From: Camelus ferus
Taxonomy: Eukaryota
Reading direction: 5' to 3'
Length of the DNA: 64,000 nucleotides
Assembly (NCBI RefSeq): GCF_009834535.1
Contig: NC_045696.1
Span: 109,370,001-109,434,000 of the forward strand
The translations under genes were made by a program, and so were the position numbers. Every line of letters starts with the position of its first letter. Within the stretch, counting starts at the first letter, position 1. Below the pieces are notes generated by a model that did no database searches, was not told the origin of the DNA, and was given only the letters and a program-made list of their open reading frames with translations. Shown piece after piece: positions 13,478 to 24,584 of this stretch.

Positions 13478-13660
13478 GGGGCAGGATATAGCTCAGCAGT
13501 AGAGTGCACACTTAGCATGCAGGAGGTCCTAGGTTCAATTCCCAGTACCACCATTAAAAAAAATAATAATAAAAAATCAATCAATCAATCAATCTAATTA
13601 CCTCCTGCCCCTTCAAAAATAAATAAAATTTTAAAATAAAATAAATGAATCTATTTTTAA
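13478..13660 (+). mobile_element. tRNA-Ala-derived SINE (Vic-1-like), copy 3, nested in L1
   Basis: GGGGCAGGATATAGCTCAGCAGTAGAG...GGTTCAATTCCCAGTACC + (AATC)n + A-rich tail; AAGTAGAT repeated at 13464 and 13661. Confidence 0.88.
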
Positions 13661-15453
13661 AAGTAGATAATCTATATCTATTTAATAGCTCTATATCTAT
13701 TTTTAAATGTTAATGAATTTTTAGTTGAAAACCTGCCCAAAAAGAAAACGCTGGGTCCAGAGTGAACTCTAGAGCACTGGTGAATATACCTCCAAACATT
13801 TAAGGAAGAAATAATCCAAATTATATACAACTCAGAAACTGGAGGATAGAATACTTTCTCTTATTCTACGAGGTCAGCATTACCTTGAAATACCACTGGA
13901 CAGAGACTACAGATCATATCCCTCATGATCACGGACACAAGAAGTCTAAAGAAAAGTTTAGAATCCATAGATATATTTAAAAATAATATTATGACCACAT
14001 TGGCTTTATCCCAAGAATACAAGCTTATTTTATCATTTGAAAATCCAAGCAGTGCAGTTTACTCTTTTAACATACTAAAAAAGAAAAACCAAGTGATCAT
14101 CTCAGTGGATGCAGAAATAGTATTAAAAACAATCCATTTTAATCCATTAAAAACAATTCATTTCTAATTCCCAAAAATTCCCAGCAGACTAGGAATAGAT
14201 AAGAACTTCCTCAGTCTGATAAAGGGCATCTAACAACAACAACAACAAAGCCTTATAACAAATAACATACTTAATGCTGAAAGGCTGAATTGTTGTTACC
14301 TAGTACCAGTTACAAGACAAGGACACCCACTCTCATCAGTATTGTTCTTAAGGTTCTAGCCAGTGCAGTAAGGCAAGAAGAGGAAATAAAAGGCACGAAA
14401 ATATTGGCTAGGAAAAAGTAACTATTTGTAGACGACATGATTATCTATGAAGAAAATCCAATGTAATATACAAAATAGCTACTAGAACTAACTAGTGAGG
14501 TTAGATGGTTAGAAAGATTACAGGATACAAGATCAATTTACAAAATCAGTTGTATTTCTATATATACTAATATAATTCAGAAATTGAAGTTTAAAAAAAA
14601 CATAAAGCATCATAAAATAAGAAATTCTTAGGAATAAATATGACAAAAATGTGAAAGACCTGTATGATGACTGCTTTAAAACATTGTTGAGAGAAATTAA
14701 AGACCTACCTAATGGAGTGGTATTCCTTGTCTGTTGATTAGAAAACTCAGTATTAAGATGCTGGTCCTCTCCAAGTTGATCCATATAGATTCAATATATT
14801 CCCAAATAAAATCTTTACAGACTTTTAATTTTTTGGTAGAAGTTCACAGATTGATACAATTGATACAGAAATGCAAAGGCATAGAATAGCCAAAACAGCT
14901 TTGAAAAAAGAAACTTGGAGGTCTGATTTCAAATTACAGTAATCAAGACAGTGTAGTGTTGGCATTATGGATAGATTAGTGGAATAGAATAGAGCATCTA
15001 AAACTTGACCCACATGTGTATGGACCACTAATTTGCAACAAAAGTGCAAAGGCAAGTCAGTGGTGAAAGGATTACCCTTTAGACAAACGGTCCTCGAGCA
15101 ATTGGATATCCAGCTACAAAAAATGAACTTTGATTCATACCTTGCTCCATATACAAAAATTAACTCAAATCACAGATCTAAATGCACAACCTAAAACTGT
15201 GAAACTTAACAGAAGAGAACAGTAGAAGAAAATCCTTGGAGCTTTGCATTAAGCAAAGATGTCTTAGGTAAGACATCAAATCAAGATCTGAAAAAGAACG
15301 AGTTAGATGTTATCAAAATTTAAAACTTGTACTCTTTGAAATAGTATGAAGAGAATGAGAAGACAAGTCACACTCAGAGTATATATTTGCAAATCATGTA
15401 TCTGATCAAGGACATGACCTGCAGAATATTTAGAGAACTCTCAAAAGTCAGTA

Positions 15454-15860
15454 CAGTTATTTCCCACTTTTCAGAAGTTCACTTTATGCCACTTTGCTTT
15501 TGTGAAAGACCTCTGTTAGTAACTGTTTTCACTAACCAGAAGAAATCCAATGAGGATTTTTGGTTTTACAAAAAAAAAAAGTGAAAAGTGAAAAACATTC
15601 AAGTGTTTGTTTTGCAGTAGCCATTTATAGGGGTATCTCACACCTTGAGCAGAGAGAATGACTCTACCAAATTCCTTTCCTGGACACTCACTACACTCAG
15701 CATCTCAGAATCAAGCTGTCGGAGCTTTGAACTGTATCTGTAAGCATCTGTGGTTTATCTTGATTTTGTGCACATGTTAGCAAGACTGCTGCTTTGCTTT
15801 ATGCCATTTCAGTCTCCAAAATGTTTCATAAGAATACTTTCAGATAGCAGTGGAAACCTG
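15454..15860. mobile_element. Non-autonomous TcMar-Tigger-type DNA transposon nested in L1
   Basis: Preceded by TA; imperfect TIRs CAGTTATTTCCCACTTTTCAGAAGT...ACTTTCAGATAGCAGTGGAAACCTG; L1 sequence resumes on both sides. Confidence 0.7.
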
Positions 15861-16704
15861 TGATTAAAAAGCAACCCAATATCAAAATGGGCAGAGTACT
15901 TCACCAGTGAAGGCATATAGATGGCAAATAAGGACATGAAAATATGAGCAACATAATTAGTCATTAAGAAAATGGCAAGCTAAAACCACAATGAAATACC
16001 ATTGCACACCTGTTACTATGGCTAAAATTGAAGGCTGGAGTGTTTGCAAGGTTTTGGAGGAACTAGCTCTCTTACACTGTTGATGGGAATGCAGTACGGT
16101 ACATTCACTTCAGAAAACAGTTTGGCAGTTTCTTAAAAGTTAAATTGTATATTCTGCATCCAGTCATTTTGCTCCTAGGTAAATGAAAGCATATGTACAT
16201 AAATGTTCATAGCAGCCTTACTTTTAGTAGTTAAACCTGGAAATAATCCAAATGTCCGTCAACAGGTAAATGGATGAACTGCTGCAGTCATACAATTCAA
16301 CAGTGAGAAGGGGTGAACTGTTGATACACGCTTACGTCATGGATGAATCGCAGAAGCATTATCCTGTGTGAAAGAAGCTAGGCAAAAAAGTGTAGTTTGA
16401 ATCTTTCCATTTATGTAAAATTCTAGAAAATGCAGGCTAATGTTAGTGACAGAAAGCAGATTAATGGTTATTTGGGGATAGTAGGGGTGGTGGTGGGGAG
16501 GACTGGGAGGAAAGGATTAGAGCTGTTAAAAATCTGTTGCAAGTGATGGATGTGTTCATTATCTTGATTGTGGCAATGGTTTCAGAGGTGTACACATGTC
16601 AGAACTTAACCAAATTGAAACAGTTTTTTGTATGTAGGCCATACTACAATAAAAATAAATAAATACTGTGTTTGCTGCCTGACCACCACGGCTAACACAT
16701 CTAA

Positions 16705-16861
16705 GACTGGTTCCTAAATTTGCTGGATCTTAAGACCCAGCTGGGACTCTTGTTTAAATAATGGAGTTCTGGGCCTCAGAATTATTTGGGACTCAGGAGT
16801 TTATACTTTTAACAAACTCCGCAGATGATTCTTATTGTTACTCAAGTTTGGAAAACACTTG
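16705..16861. mobile_element. MER5-like hAT-Charlie element
   Basis: ctggttcctaaattt...ttttaacaaactccgcagatgattctt...aagtttggaaaacact. Confidence 0.55.
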
Positions 16862-18279
16862 CCCAGATTAAATTAATTGCACTTTGGTCATCTGAACCCA
16901 TTTCCATATGCGAGAAAGGGCTGTTAGGTTTCTAGGATGAACAGAAAGGCCTAGCCGTGGAACACTTGATGCTTTTACTGTGGTCAAATGAGATCATTTA
17001 GAATTGGGCAGAATTTTTTTTCTCATCATATATAATATATTGAGGTCAGCTTTGCATTATAAATTCCCGAAGTAACAGAATGGAAATCTCTGAATACCCC
17101 CAACATTATTGACTGTTACATTTAAGAGTGAAAACTCGGGGGTGGTGAAACATCCTGACCTTCTTATTGCCCTCTTTCAAACAACGTCAAATGAGAGGAA
17201 ATTATAGGTCTGTCTGAATTTTAAATGGTTCAGTTATCAGAAGACTTTGGAGGACAAGTTTTCCACAAATCATCCTTGTGTTGTTTGGTTTTGATTTTTT
17301 TTTTTATAAGGGTTGGTGAGCCAACATGTAATTAATCACTTTTTTTGTTTGCTTCTAAGGAAGTGAAACTGCAGTATTCCCTTAGGCGTATTCTTTTTTT
17401 GGTGTATTACTGCTGCAGTATTTAATACGAGAACCTGAGGTGGGTGCCTAGTGATAATGTGGACAGAACAATGTGAAAGAAGTAATTTTTTAAAGTCAGC
17501 TTATGTATGTTATACTGGTATGGTACCTGTATACACTCCGGGTCTCAGTTACCACCAGCATTGCTGTGAAAGTCCCTGACAGTAGAGGTTGTTAGAACGT
17601 CCCTTGTCAGTAGATGGGGTTGTTGATCAAGTGGCAGTATCCTCCTGTTACCGGTTCTCATTGTTTCTTCCTCCGGAATCTGGTTTGGATTGATTATGCC
17701 TCCCCCCTGCTGCTGACACTATCAGTGAGTAAGAACAGACCTATCTCATCTTGTGAAGGAAGGGTGGGAACACCCTTCCACCCAGTTCACTTCTTTGGGC
17801 TCTCTTCCATCTGTGTAGTGAACTACCTTCCCTATGGAATTGGACAATATTTTAAAAACTAAACATTGCATTTACTAATCACTGTCATCATTAAAAGTTC
17901 ATATAAATTAAAGCTTAAAGGTAGACAAATTACCTGGATGTAAGCATGGACCTTCCTTTACCTCTTATTAATTTGAAATCATTTTTCCATTTTTAAGCAG
18001 AATAGAACATTTCCCTTAAACCTATTGGTTTATTCCAATAGGCTCTGTTTCTATGGGGACTTAAAAACTATACATCTGTCTCTGTCTGATTTTTGTCTCT
18101 TCCTCCCAAAGCACAGACCTCAAGGGTGGGCATTGCTCTATCAAATGATCACTATTAATGAAAAAGATACTAAGTTCCTAAAGGCTAAACTCTTTGGTCT
18201 TAGTATTAAGGATAATGCTGGCTTCAAAATGAATTGAGAAGTGTTCCCTTCTCTGTTTTTTCTGGAGTTTGTGTAGGAT

Positions 18280-18728
18280 TGTACTGTGGTTTGAATTTTG
18301 TTCCCCCCAAAGATAGGTTGAAATCCAGAGCCCCATACCTCAAAATGTGACTTTATTTGGAAACAGGGTCATGGCAGGTATAATGTTAAGATGAAGTCAT
18401 AATCAATTAAGGTAGACCTTAATCCAGTATGACTAATACCATTATAAAAAGAGACACTGGCATGCAAGGGGAGGATGTTGTGTGCACACAGGTGGAGATT
18501 GAAGTGCTGCAGCTGCAAATCAAGGAACAGCAAGGATTGCTGGCATTCAGACCACCCAAAGCTATCGAGGGGCAAGGAAGGATTCTCCCCTGCAGGTTTC
18601 AGAGGGAGCATAGCCCCGCTGACACCTTGATTTGGGGGTTCTAGCCTCCAGAGCTGTGAGGCAGATACCACTGTTTAAGTCACCCAGTTTGTGGTACTTC
18701 GTTCTGGCAGCTCTAGGAAGCTCATCCA
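18280..18728 (+). mobile_element. MaLR solo LTR (MLT1C-like)
   Basis: aatgtgactttatttggaaacagggtc, aaggattctcccct, gacaccttgattt, gcctccagagctgtgag, tttgtggtacttcgtt..gcagc; TG...CA ends. Confidence 0.88.
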
Positions 18729-18834
18729 GATTTGTATTATTTTTTTCCTTTCAAGTTTGATAGAATTCACCCATTGTAACTGTTTGGATGCTGAGTTTTC
18801 TTTGTGGAAAGATTTTTGATTATGAACTCAGTTT

Positions 18835-18966
18835 GTTTAGGGATAACTTGGTTTGTTTGTTTGTTTGTTTGTTTGTTTGTTTGTTTTATTGGAGGTACTG
18901 GGAATTGAACCCAGGACCTCACGCATGCTGGGCAGGCGCTCTGTCACTGAGCTATACCCTCCTCCC
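18835..18966 (-). mobile_element. tRNA-Ala-derived SINE (Vic-1-like), copy 4
   Basis: tRNA-like head plus (GTTT)n; perfect 11-bp TSD GAACTCAGTTT at 18824-18834 and 18967-18977. Confidence 0.9.
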
Positions 18967-19199
18967 GAACTCAGTTTCTTTAAAAGATTGTGGGCTGTAT
19001 AGATTTTCTGTTCCTTTGTGTATTTTGGTAATATGTGTATTTCAAGAAATTTGGTCGTTTCATCAAAGATATTGAATTTATTGGCATAAAGTTGAGTTCA
19101 AAATATTTTTTGATGTCTAGAGGATCTGTAAAAATGTTTCCTCTTTTATTCCTCATACTGGTTATTTGTGTCTTTTTATTTTCTTTAATCCATCTAGCT

Positions 19200-19403
19200 T
19201 AGTGTTTCTCAACTGGGGGCAATTTTGCCTGCCCCCACCCCCCACCCTGGGGTGACATTTGACAATATCTGGGGGCATTTTCAGTTATCACAACTGGGGG
19301 CATCTAGCAAATAGAGGCCAGGGATCCTGCCATGCACAAGACAGCCTCTCGCAACAGAGTTATCCAGCCCACAATGTCAGTAGTGCTGAAGTTGGGAAAC
19401 CTG
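19200..19403 (+). mobile_element. MER20 (hAT-Charlie)
   Basis: agtgtttctcaactgggggcaattttgcc...gaggccagggat...aatgtcagtagtgctgaagttgggaaacctg; flanks ATCTAGCT/TTCTAGGG fit the NTCTAGAN-type target. Confidence 0.85.
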
Positions 19404-20045
19404 TTCTAGGGTTTACAATGTAGACCTTCTACTTTTAAATAATATATCACCTCGTGTTTCATACAAGCAGCTTCCAGTGCTGTATTTCCATTCACCCCCT
19501 TCCTTTATGCTGTTTATGGGCATATATTTTACTTCCATATATATTATAAACCCCACAATACATTGTTACTGGTTTTGCTTTAAATAATCTATTAAGAAAA
19601 TGAGGAAAAAATATGTAGTTGTTATTCATATGTTTTCAGCACTCTTCATTCTTTGTGCAGATCCAAATTCCCAGTGACATCCTCTCAGCTTTTGTTTCTC
19701 TGAAAAACTATATTTTGCCTTAATTTTTCAAGTGTATTTTAGCTTAGTATAGAATTCTTCATTGATAGTTTTAAAGATGTTGTAAAAGATACTCATTCCA
19801 TTGTTTTCTTATTTGCATAGATTATAATAAATAAAGCTGTTGTTCACTGATATAAGGCTTTAAAAATCTGTATACTTTAGATAGTATTTCTGGATTTCGT
19901 TATTATTAAAAATAATAACTTAAAATTTAATGCATTGTGCTTAGATTTTATAAACAGACTTTGTTCTTGTGTATTTTTCCTCTTTTTTCCCTTAAAATTT
20001 TTTTTTATTTTTCCCCCCTTCATCTTTTATAATAAAAAGTGGTTT

Positions 20046-20165
20046 TTTGGGCAAGTTACTTTTCTGAGCCTCAGTTTCCTCACCTGTAAAATTGAGCTGC
20101 CAATGATTCTCGTAGGTTTTTTTGTGAAAGTTAAATGAGACATCCGTATGATGTCTAGAACTTAA
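20046..20165 (+). mobile_element. MIR SINE
   Basis: gggcaagttactt..ctgagcctcagtttcctcacctgtaaaat core. Confidence 0.8.
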
Positions 20166-20970
20166 AAGGATTCATAAACACGATAGCATGTACACAGGTA
20201 TCTTCCTCCTTATCCACCTTCAGCTCCTCTGACCTCAGGGTTCACGCTTGTCAGCAGAGCAGCGGAAGTCCCCAGTCTGAGTCCTTCCTGGCCACATGGC
20301 AGCAGCTCTTTGTAGACGCATTGCCTGCTGTCCACACACTCCCCAGAAGCCGCAGCCAAAAGGAGGAGCCCTGGTTGGACCATGAAGGAGCACTGTTGAC
20401 ACTGCTTATGATTTCTGCCCCTACTAGTAGTTTTACATGTTGATTTTAATAAATCTGATCTTTTACTCAAGCGAGGTTGGAAGATACTCTTTCAGGACAC
20501 TCTCATCTGTTAATTTAAATTATTTGAATATAGTAAAAATCTATGTTGTCTTTTACATAATTTGCATATTTCACTTATTCAAGATGCTCTTCCCTTTAAC
20601 TAGGCTAAAGTTATATTCATTTTTCACTTCTCAAAATACAGACTAGCTACACTATTTAAAGCAACACATTTTCATATTATGAAAATTGTAGACGTAATTA
20701 ACAGTTTTGGTTAGTGGGGCTTGTAATCAGCAGTAAAACAATTCTTTCCAATGGCTCTAATTACCTGAGAACATACAATAAAGACATTTACATTAAAGGA
20801 CGCATTCATTAAAATGTTCTTTTCTGTCCAAGCAAGAGACTAACTAGGTATGGTAGACTTCTTTTTGTAAATGATATTTTGCTTTCTTTAAGAGTTGGTT
20901 GATCTGCTATTTTGGGTGCATGACGACTGTTTTAATTGTCCCCTCATGGTGACACTGCTCTTCTTCTCAG

Positions 20971-21107
20971 TGGGCCTTTGGAGTGACACTGTGGGAGCTC
21001 ATGACTCTAGGCCAAACGCCCTACGTGGACATCGACCCATTTGAGATGGCCGCATACCTGAAAGATGGTTACCGAATAGCCCAGCCGATAAACTGTCCTG
21101 ATGAACT
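20971..21107 (+). CDS. RYK: RYK penultimate coding exon
   Basis: Acceptor TTCTTCTCAG ending 20970; donor CT|GTAAGT at 21108. 137 nt; WAFGVTLWELMTLGQTPYVDIDPFEMAAYLKDGYRIAQPINCPDE(L); continues SDV|WAFG across a 16.7-kb phase-0 intron. Confidence 0.98.
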
Positions 21108-21769
21108 GTAAGTTTTTCTGAGCTTGAAGACATGGATTTCATTCCACTTGCAGTGTTGGGATAAAAGAAGGGATGTCCACACTCATGCAGAGACTTTCCT
21201 TTTGAGAATAATGCCTCTTTGGACTTGAGTTAGACCCTAGTAGAGAACCGCAAAGGCGTCCAGACTCATTCGCCCTTAACGCACTTGACACTAGGACTTT
21301 TTGCGTCTCGTATTTATAGGGATTAATCTAATCCAAGAAACTAACGTACACGGTGAGGAAACACTGAATGCTCTGTCGGTTATTCTTTTTAGAGTGAGGA
21401 CTTGACTTTTACTTAAACAGCCTTCAGAACATCCTTAGTTACAAAGAGCCTTTCTTGTTGCCATCTTACCTTGCCAGCTGTTGTCAGTTGATAGACGTTT
21501 AAGGAAGATGTTCTGGCTGGTGAGTGAGGTAGTTCTGTTCCCTGCTTCTATCACATAGCTGGTCTTCCCATATAATGGTATTGGAGTGGGTAGGAGGCTG
21601 TTTAAGGGTGATTGAGTGCACAGATGAATGTGGCCTCAGTTCCAGAATCCCCTGAAATTTTTTATACCATAGTGAGGTGGCAGCTTTTACACTGATTTCA
21701 CTGTAGATCCAAGGTTCTTACAGCTTAAACTTCCTCTTCCTCCAAATTCTTTCTCTCAGAACTTAAATA

Positions 21770-21961
21770 CTTTGACCCTTGAACAATGAGAGTTTGAACT
21801 GTGTGGGTCCACTTATATGTTGATTTCTTCCAGTGGTAAATACTATAGTACTAACACAGCCCACAGCTGGTTGAAACTGCAGATGTGTAGGAACTGGGGG
21901 TACAGAGGGCTGACTGTAAGTTATAGGCAGATCTTGGGCACCCTGACCCCCGTGTCAACTG
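21770..21961. mobile_element. Tigger2/MER8-like non-autonomous DNA transposon in the last RYK intron
   Basis: TIR-like ends ttgacccttgaacaa...gtttgaactgtgtgggtccacttata and ...gtcaactg; TA upstream. Confidence 0.75.
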
Positions 21962-22251
21962 TGCAGGATAACACAGGTTATTATTTTGACTGTGTTTTAG
22001 GTAGTTACATAAAATCTCTATTTGCTGATATATTTTGACATGTTCTCATGAAGAATTGAAGTTTACACATAAAATCCAGATAACTCATTTTAAGCTTCTT
22101 TTCATTTTAGAGCTGCCAGTAGATGGTAATACTTAGTATGTCATCCTCTCCACACCCACATTTAGACAGAAAACATAACTAGTGTCAAATTGATCAAAAG
22201 TAAGAAGTGCTGTATCAGTACTAGCCAAATGTTCCGTTTTTGTCACTGCAG

Positions 22252-22363
22252 ATTTGCTGTGATGGCTTGTTGCTGGGCCTTAGATCCGGAGGAGAGGCCC
22301 AAGTTCCAGCAGCTGGTGCAGTGTCTCACAGAGTTCCACGCGGCCCTGGGGGCCTATGTCTGA
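22252..22363 (+). CDS. RYK: RYK last coding exon to stop; C-terminal PDZ-binding tail (AYV*)
   Basis: Acceptor CTGCAG ending 22251; FAVMACCWALDPEERPKFQQLVQCLTEFHAALGAYV then TGA at 22361-22363. Confidence 0.98.
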
Positions 22364-22655
22364 CTGTCTCTCGCAGTCCCACAGCATCAGGAGAAAGGTG
22401 CCTGTCGGGGCTCACTTGGAGCCAGTCACGGATGCTTCGTACATCACACAGCGCCAGCAGAAGCACATTTGTCTTCCAGAACACCGTGCCTTAGGAATGC
22501 TTTAGAATCTGAACTTTTTAATATAGACTTAATAATGTGGAATATTTTCTAGGTATCACTTTTATTAGGTTGAACTGAAAAGGGTTTTGTAAATTTTTTG
22601 GCCAAAAATGTTTTTTAAGCATACTTAACTTTGGACTAGGGGTACATTCTTACAA

Positions 22656-22665
22656 AATAAATAAA
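22656..22665 (+). terminator. Proximal polyadenylation signal (two overlapping AATAAA)
   Basis: AATAAATAAA followed by U-rich downstream tracts (TTTTTATTTTTT near 22724). Confidence 0.65.
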
Positions 22666-23357
22666 CAGTTTTTAAAATTGTTTAAATACAGATATCTGGA
22701 ATAGCTATCTTAGTGCCAACTGCTTTTTATTTTTTGACTTCATCAAGGTAATGTAGGTGATTCACCTTTAAAGTTTTGTTGTGGTTTTTTTTTTTTTAAT
22801 ATTTATCACTAGTCTTGGGAATGGTTTGTCTTCAAGATGCAGCTTTTTCTTAGGAAAAGAAAAACAGAAAAAGAGGTTGGTTTGTCTTGTACAGGAAAAG
22901 GCAATATTAGAGGAAGAAAACTTAAAGAAAATCTAGAGGAAAAAATACTTATTAGAAACAGAAACTGCCCTTTTATGGGAAATTGTTTCTTTTTTATTTT
23001 TTTTAATGAAAAGGAGTTCTGCTTTTTTATTTTGGGAGAAGTAGGAGCTGAGTTCACTGAAACATCTTAAATTTGGCAGAAATTAGCGGTTCTGTGAGCC
23101 AGAAGTGGATTTGAGGCAGATCAGTAGTAAACAGTGGTGATTTTATTTATTTTTACTCTCTGGAAAAGGAGATAACACAATTGCAGAAACTGAAATCACG
23201 TTTCTAAGGTGAAGAATCCCATTTATTGCACCTAGAACAGTGCTATGCACAGAATGGGTGCTTGAGTTGTTGTGGGGAAAAAATGTAAACTGGTACATTT
23301 CGTGCTTATCTTCAAGGCTGGCTTAAGTATAAATTTGTTTTTTTTAAACACTTGAAA

Positions 23358-23363
23358 ATTAAA
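23358..23363 (+). terminator. Distal polyadenylation signal (ATTAAA); a further AATAAA at 23545-23550
   Basis: ATTAAA about 1 kb after the stop, with a GU-rich downstream element (TTGGTTGTGTCTGG near 23415). Confidence 0.55.
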
Positions 23364-24584
23364 GAATTTGTTTTATATTATGACAGTATTGAAAATATTG
23401 TTCATAATGAATGATTGGTTGTGTCTGGTAAGTCTTTGAACATGCAACAGCTAGATGTCCCTGTTCCATTTCATGGGTGTCTCGCTCAGGCTCCCAATCC
23501 CTAACACGAATAATATAGCTGACTCTGCTCAGTCTCCAGGTTCTAATAAAAAGTTGAGATTATTATTACCAGAAAGTATTACAACACTGAAACTTTCTCC
23601 AGAGCTGTTAAATTCAGGGAATGTATGTATCTATGCTTGTTCTAGTTGACCTAAGGCAGAGTTGAGTGGGCCTCTTAAATAGCTAGGCCTGATGGTGCTT
23701 GCCTCTGCTCCCATCCTCACAGGGACGTAGGACAGAATACACAGCAGTAGAAGGCTCTTGCTGTTCTTAAAAGAGCTTTATGAATCAGCAGCCCATCTGG
23801 GAAAATAGCCCACACAGTATGTGCTCTGCCCCAAGCAGACCAAGAACATGATTTTTTTGTGTGCCGTTTGTTAACACTGGTTCTTTGGTTTTATGAAATA
23901 CTCAGCTCTGTGAAGGGCCAGCTTTTTTTAAAGTTCTTTGAACTATCTGTAAGTTAGATGTTTTTGTTCACAACCTGCAATCTTCGAAGGCATTTAATCA
24001 ACAAGTATTGATTTAGCATCTATTATGTACTAGGCACATGGAGTGAGCGGTTCAACTCTAGCATCCCTTCCAACGTTCATTGCATTTTTTAATGGTGTGT
24101 AGGTTTGTGCATTGTTTAGAAATAATAGTTCTGTACACAAGATCAGTTCAGAGAAAACAGCACTGTCATCGACTTTTGTCCCAAATTAGCAGGTAGTGAG
24201 AGGTGCTCTCAGTTTGCCTGGATGTGTGGTGCCTTCAACCATATCTCTTTGTTAGTAAGGCATTTTATTTTATGGTTTAAGACTCTACACAGATTTTTCT
24301 CGTTGAACTACTTGGAGTCATTGACTTCGATGAAAAGAGCATGATTTCCATGGTTATAAGATTTCCATGGCAGGTCTTATTCCAGTGGTTTGTGAATATC
24401 ACTGGACAGATTTTGTAGAAGATGTAATTTTTATAGGAAAGAAGCAAATTGACAAAGCACTGATGTGTTATAAGTTGGCTCTAGTAACCAGGAACTGTAT
24501 TATAGTTTGTCCTTTCCTGTAACACCCCCACTGTAGGAAAATTGTATTTATAGAAGCATGGAGGATTGGGTTATTCTTTCAGTA

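Larger units (their letters stand above)
12090..16663 (+). mobile_element. Old, deleted L1 (L1MD/ME-like) in sense orientation in the RYK long intron, with nested insertions
   Basis: ORF1 C-terminal remnant (agaattttatactcagtgaaagtagctttcaaaa), fragmented ORF2, and 3'UTR ending tatcttgattgtgg...caataaaaataaataaa; many stops and frameshifts. Confidence 0.88.
18190..19860 (-). mobile_element. Old L1 fragments interrupted by MLT1, SINE and MER20
   Basis: Antisense L1 ORF2 motifs (gataatgctggcttcaaaatgaattgagaagtgttccc; tttgatagaattcacc) on both sides of the nested elements. Confidence 0.7.
22364..23385 (+). other. RYK: RYK 3'UTR (end approximate)
   Basis: AU-rich, repeat-free sequence after the stop, with polyA signals at 22656-22665 and 23358-23363. 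The end is inferred from the ATTAAA. Confidence 0.7.

Noticed and set aside
22240..22494. 84-aa ORF overlapping the last RYK exon
   Set aside because: Alternative frame starting at TTG inside the intron; the true frame is FAVMACC...AYV*.
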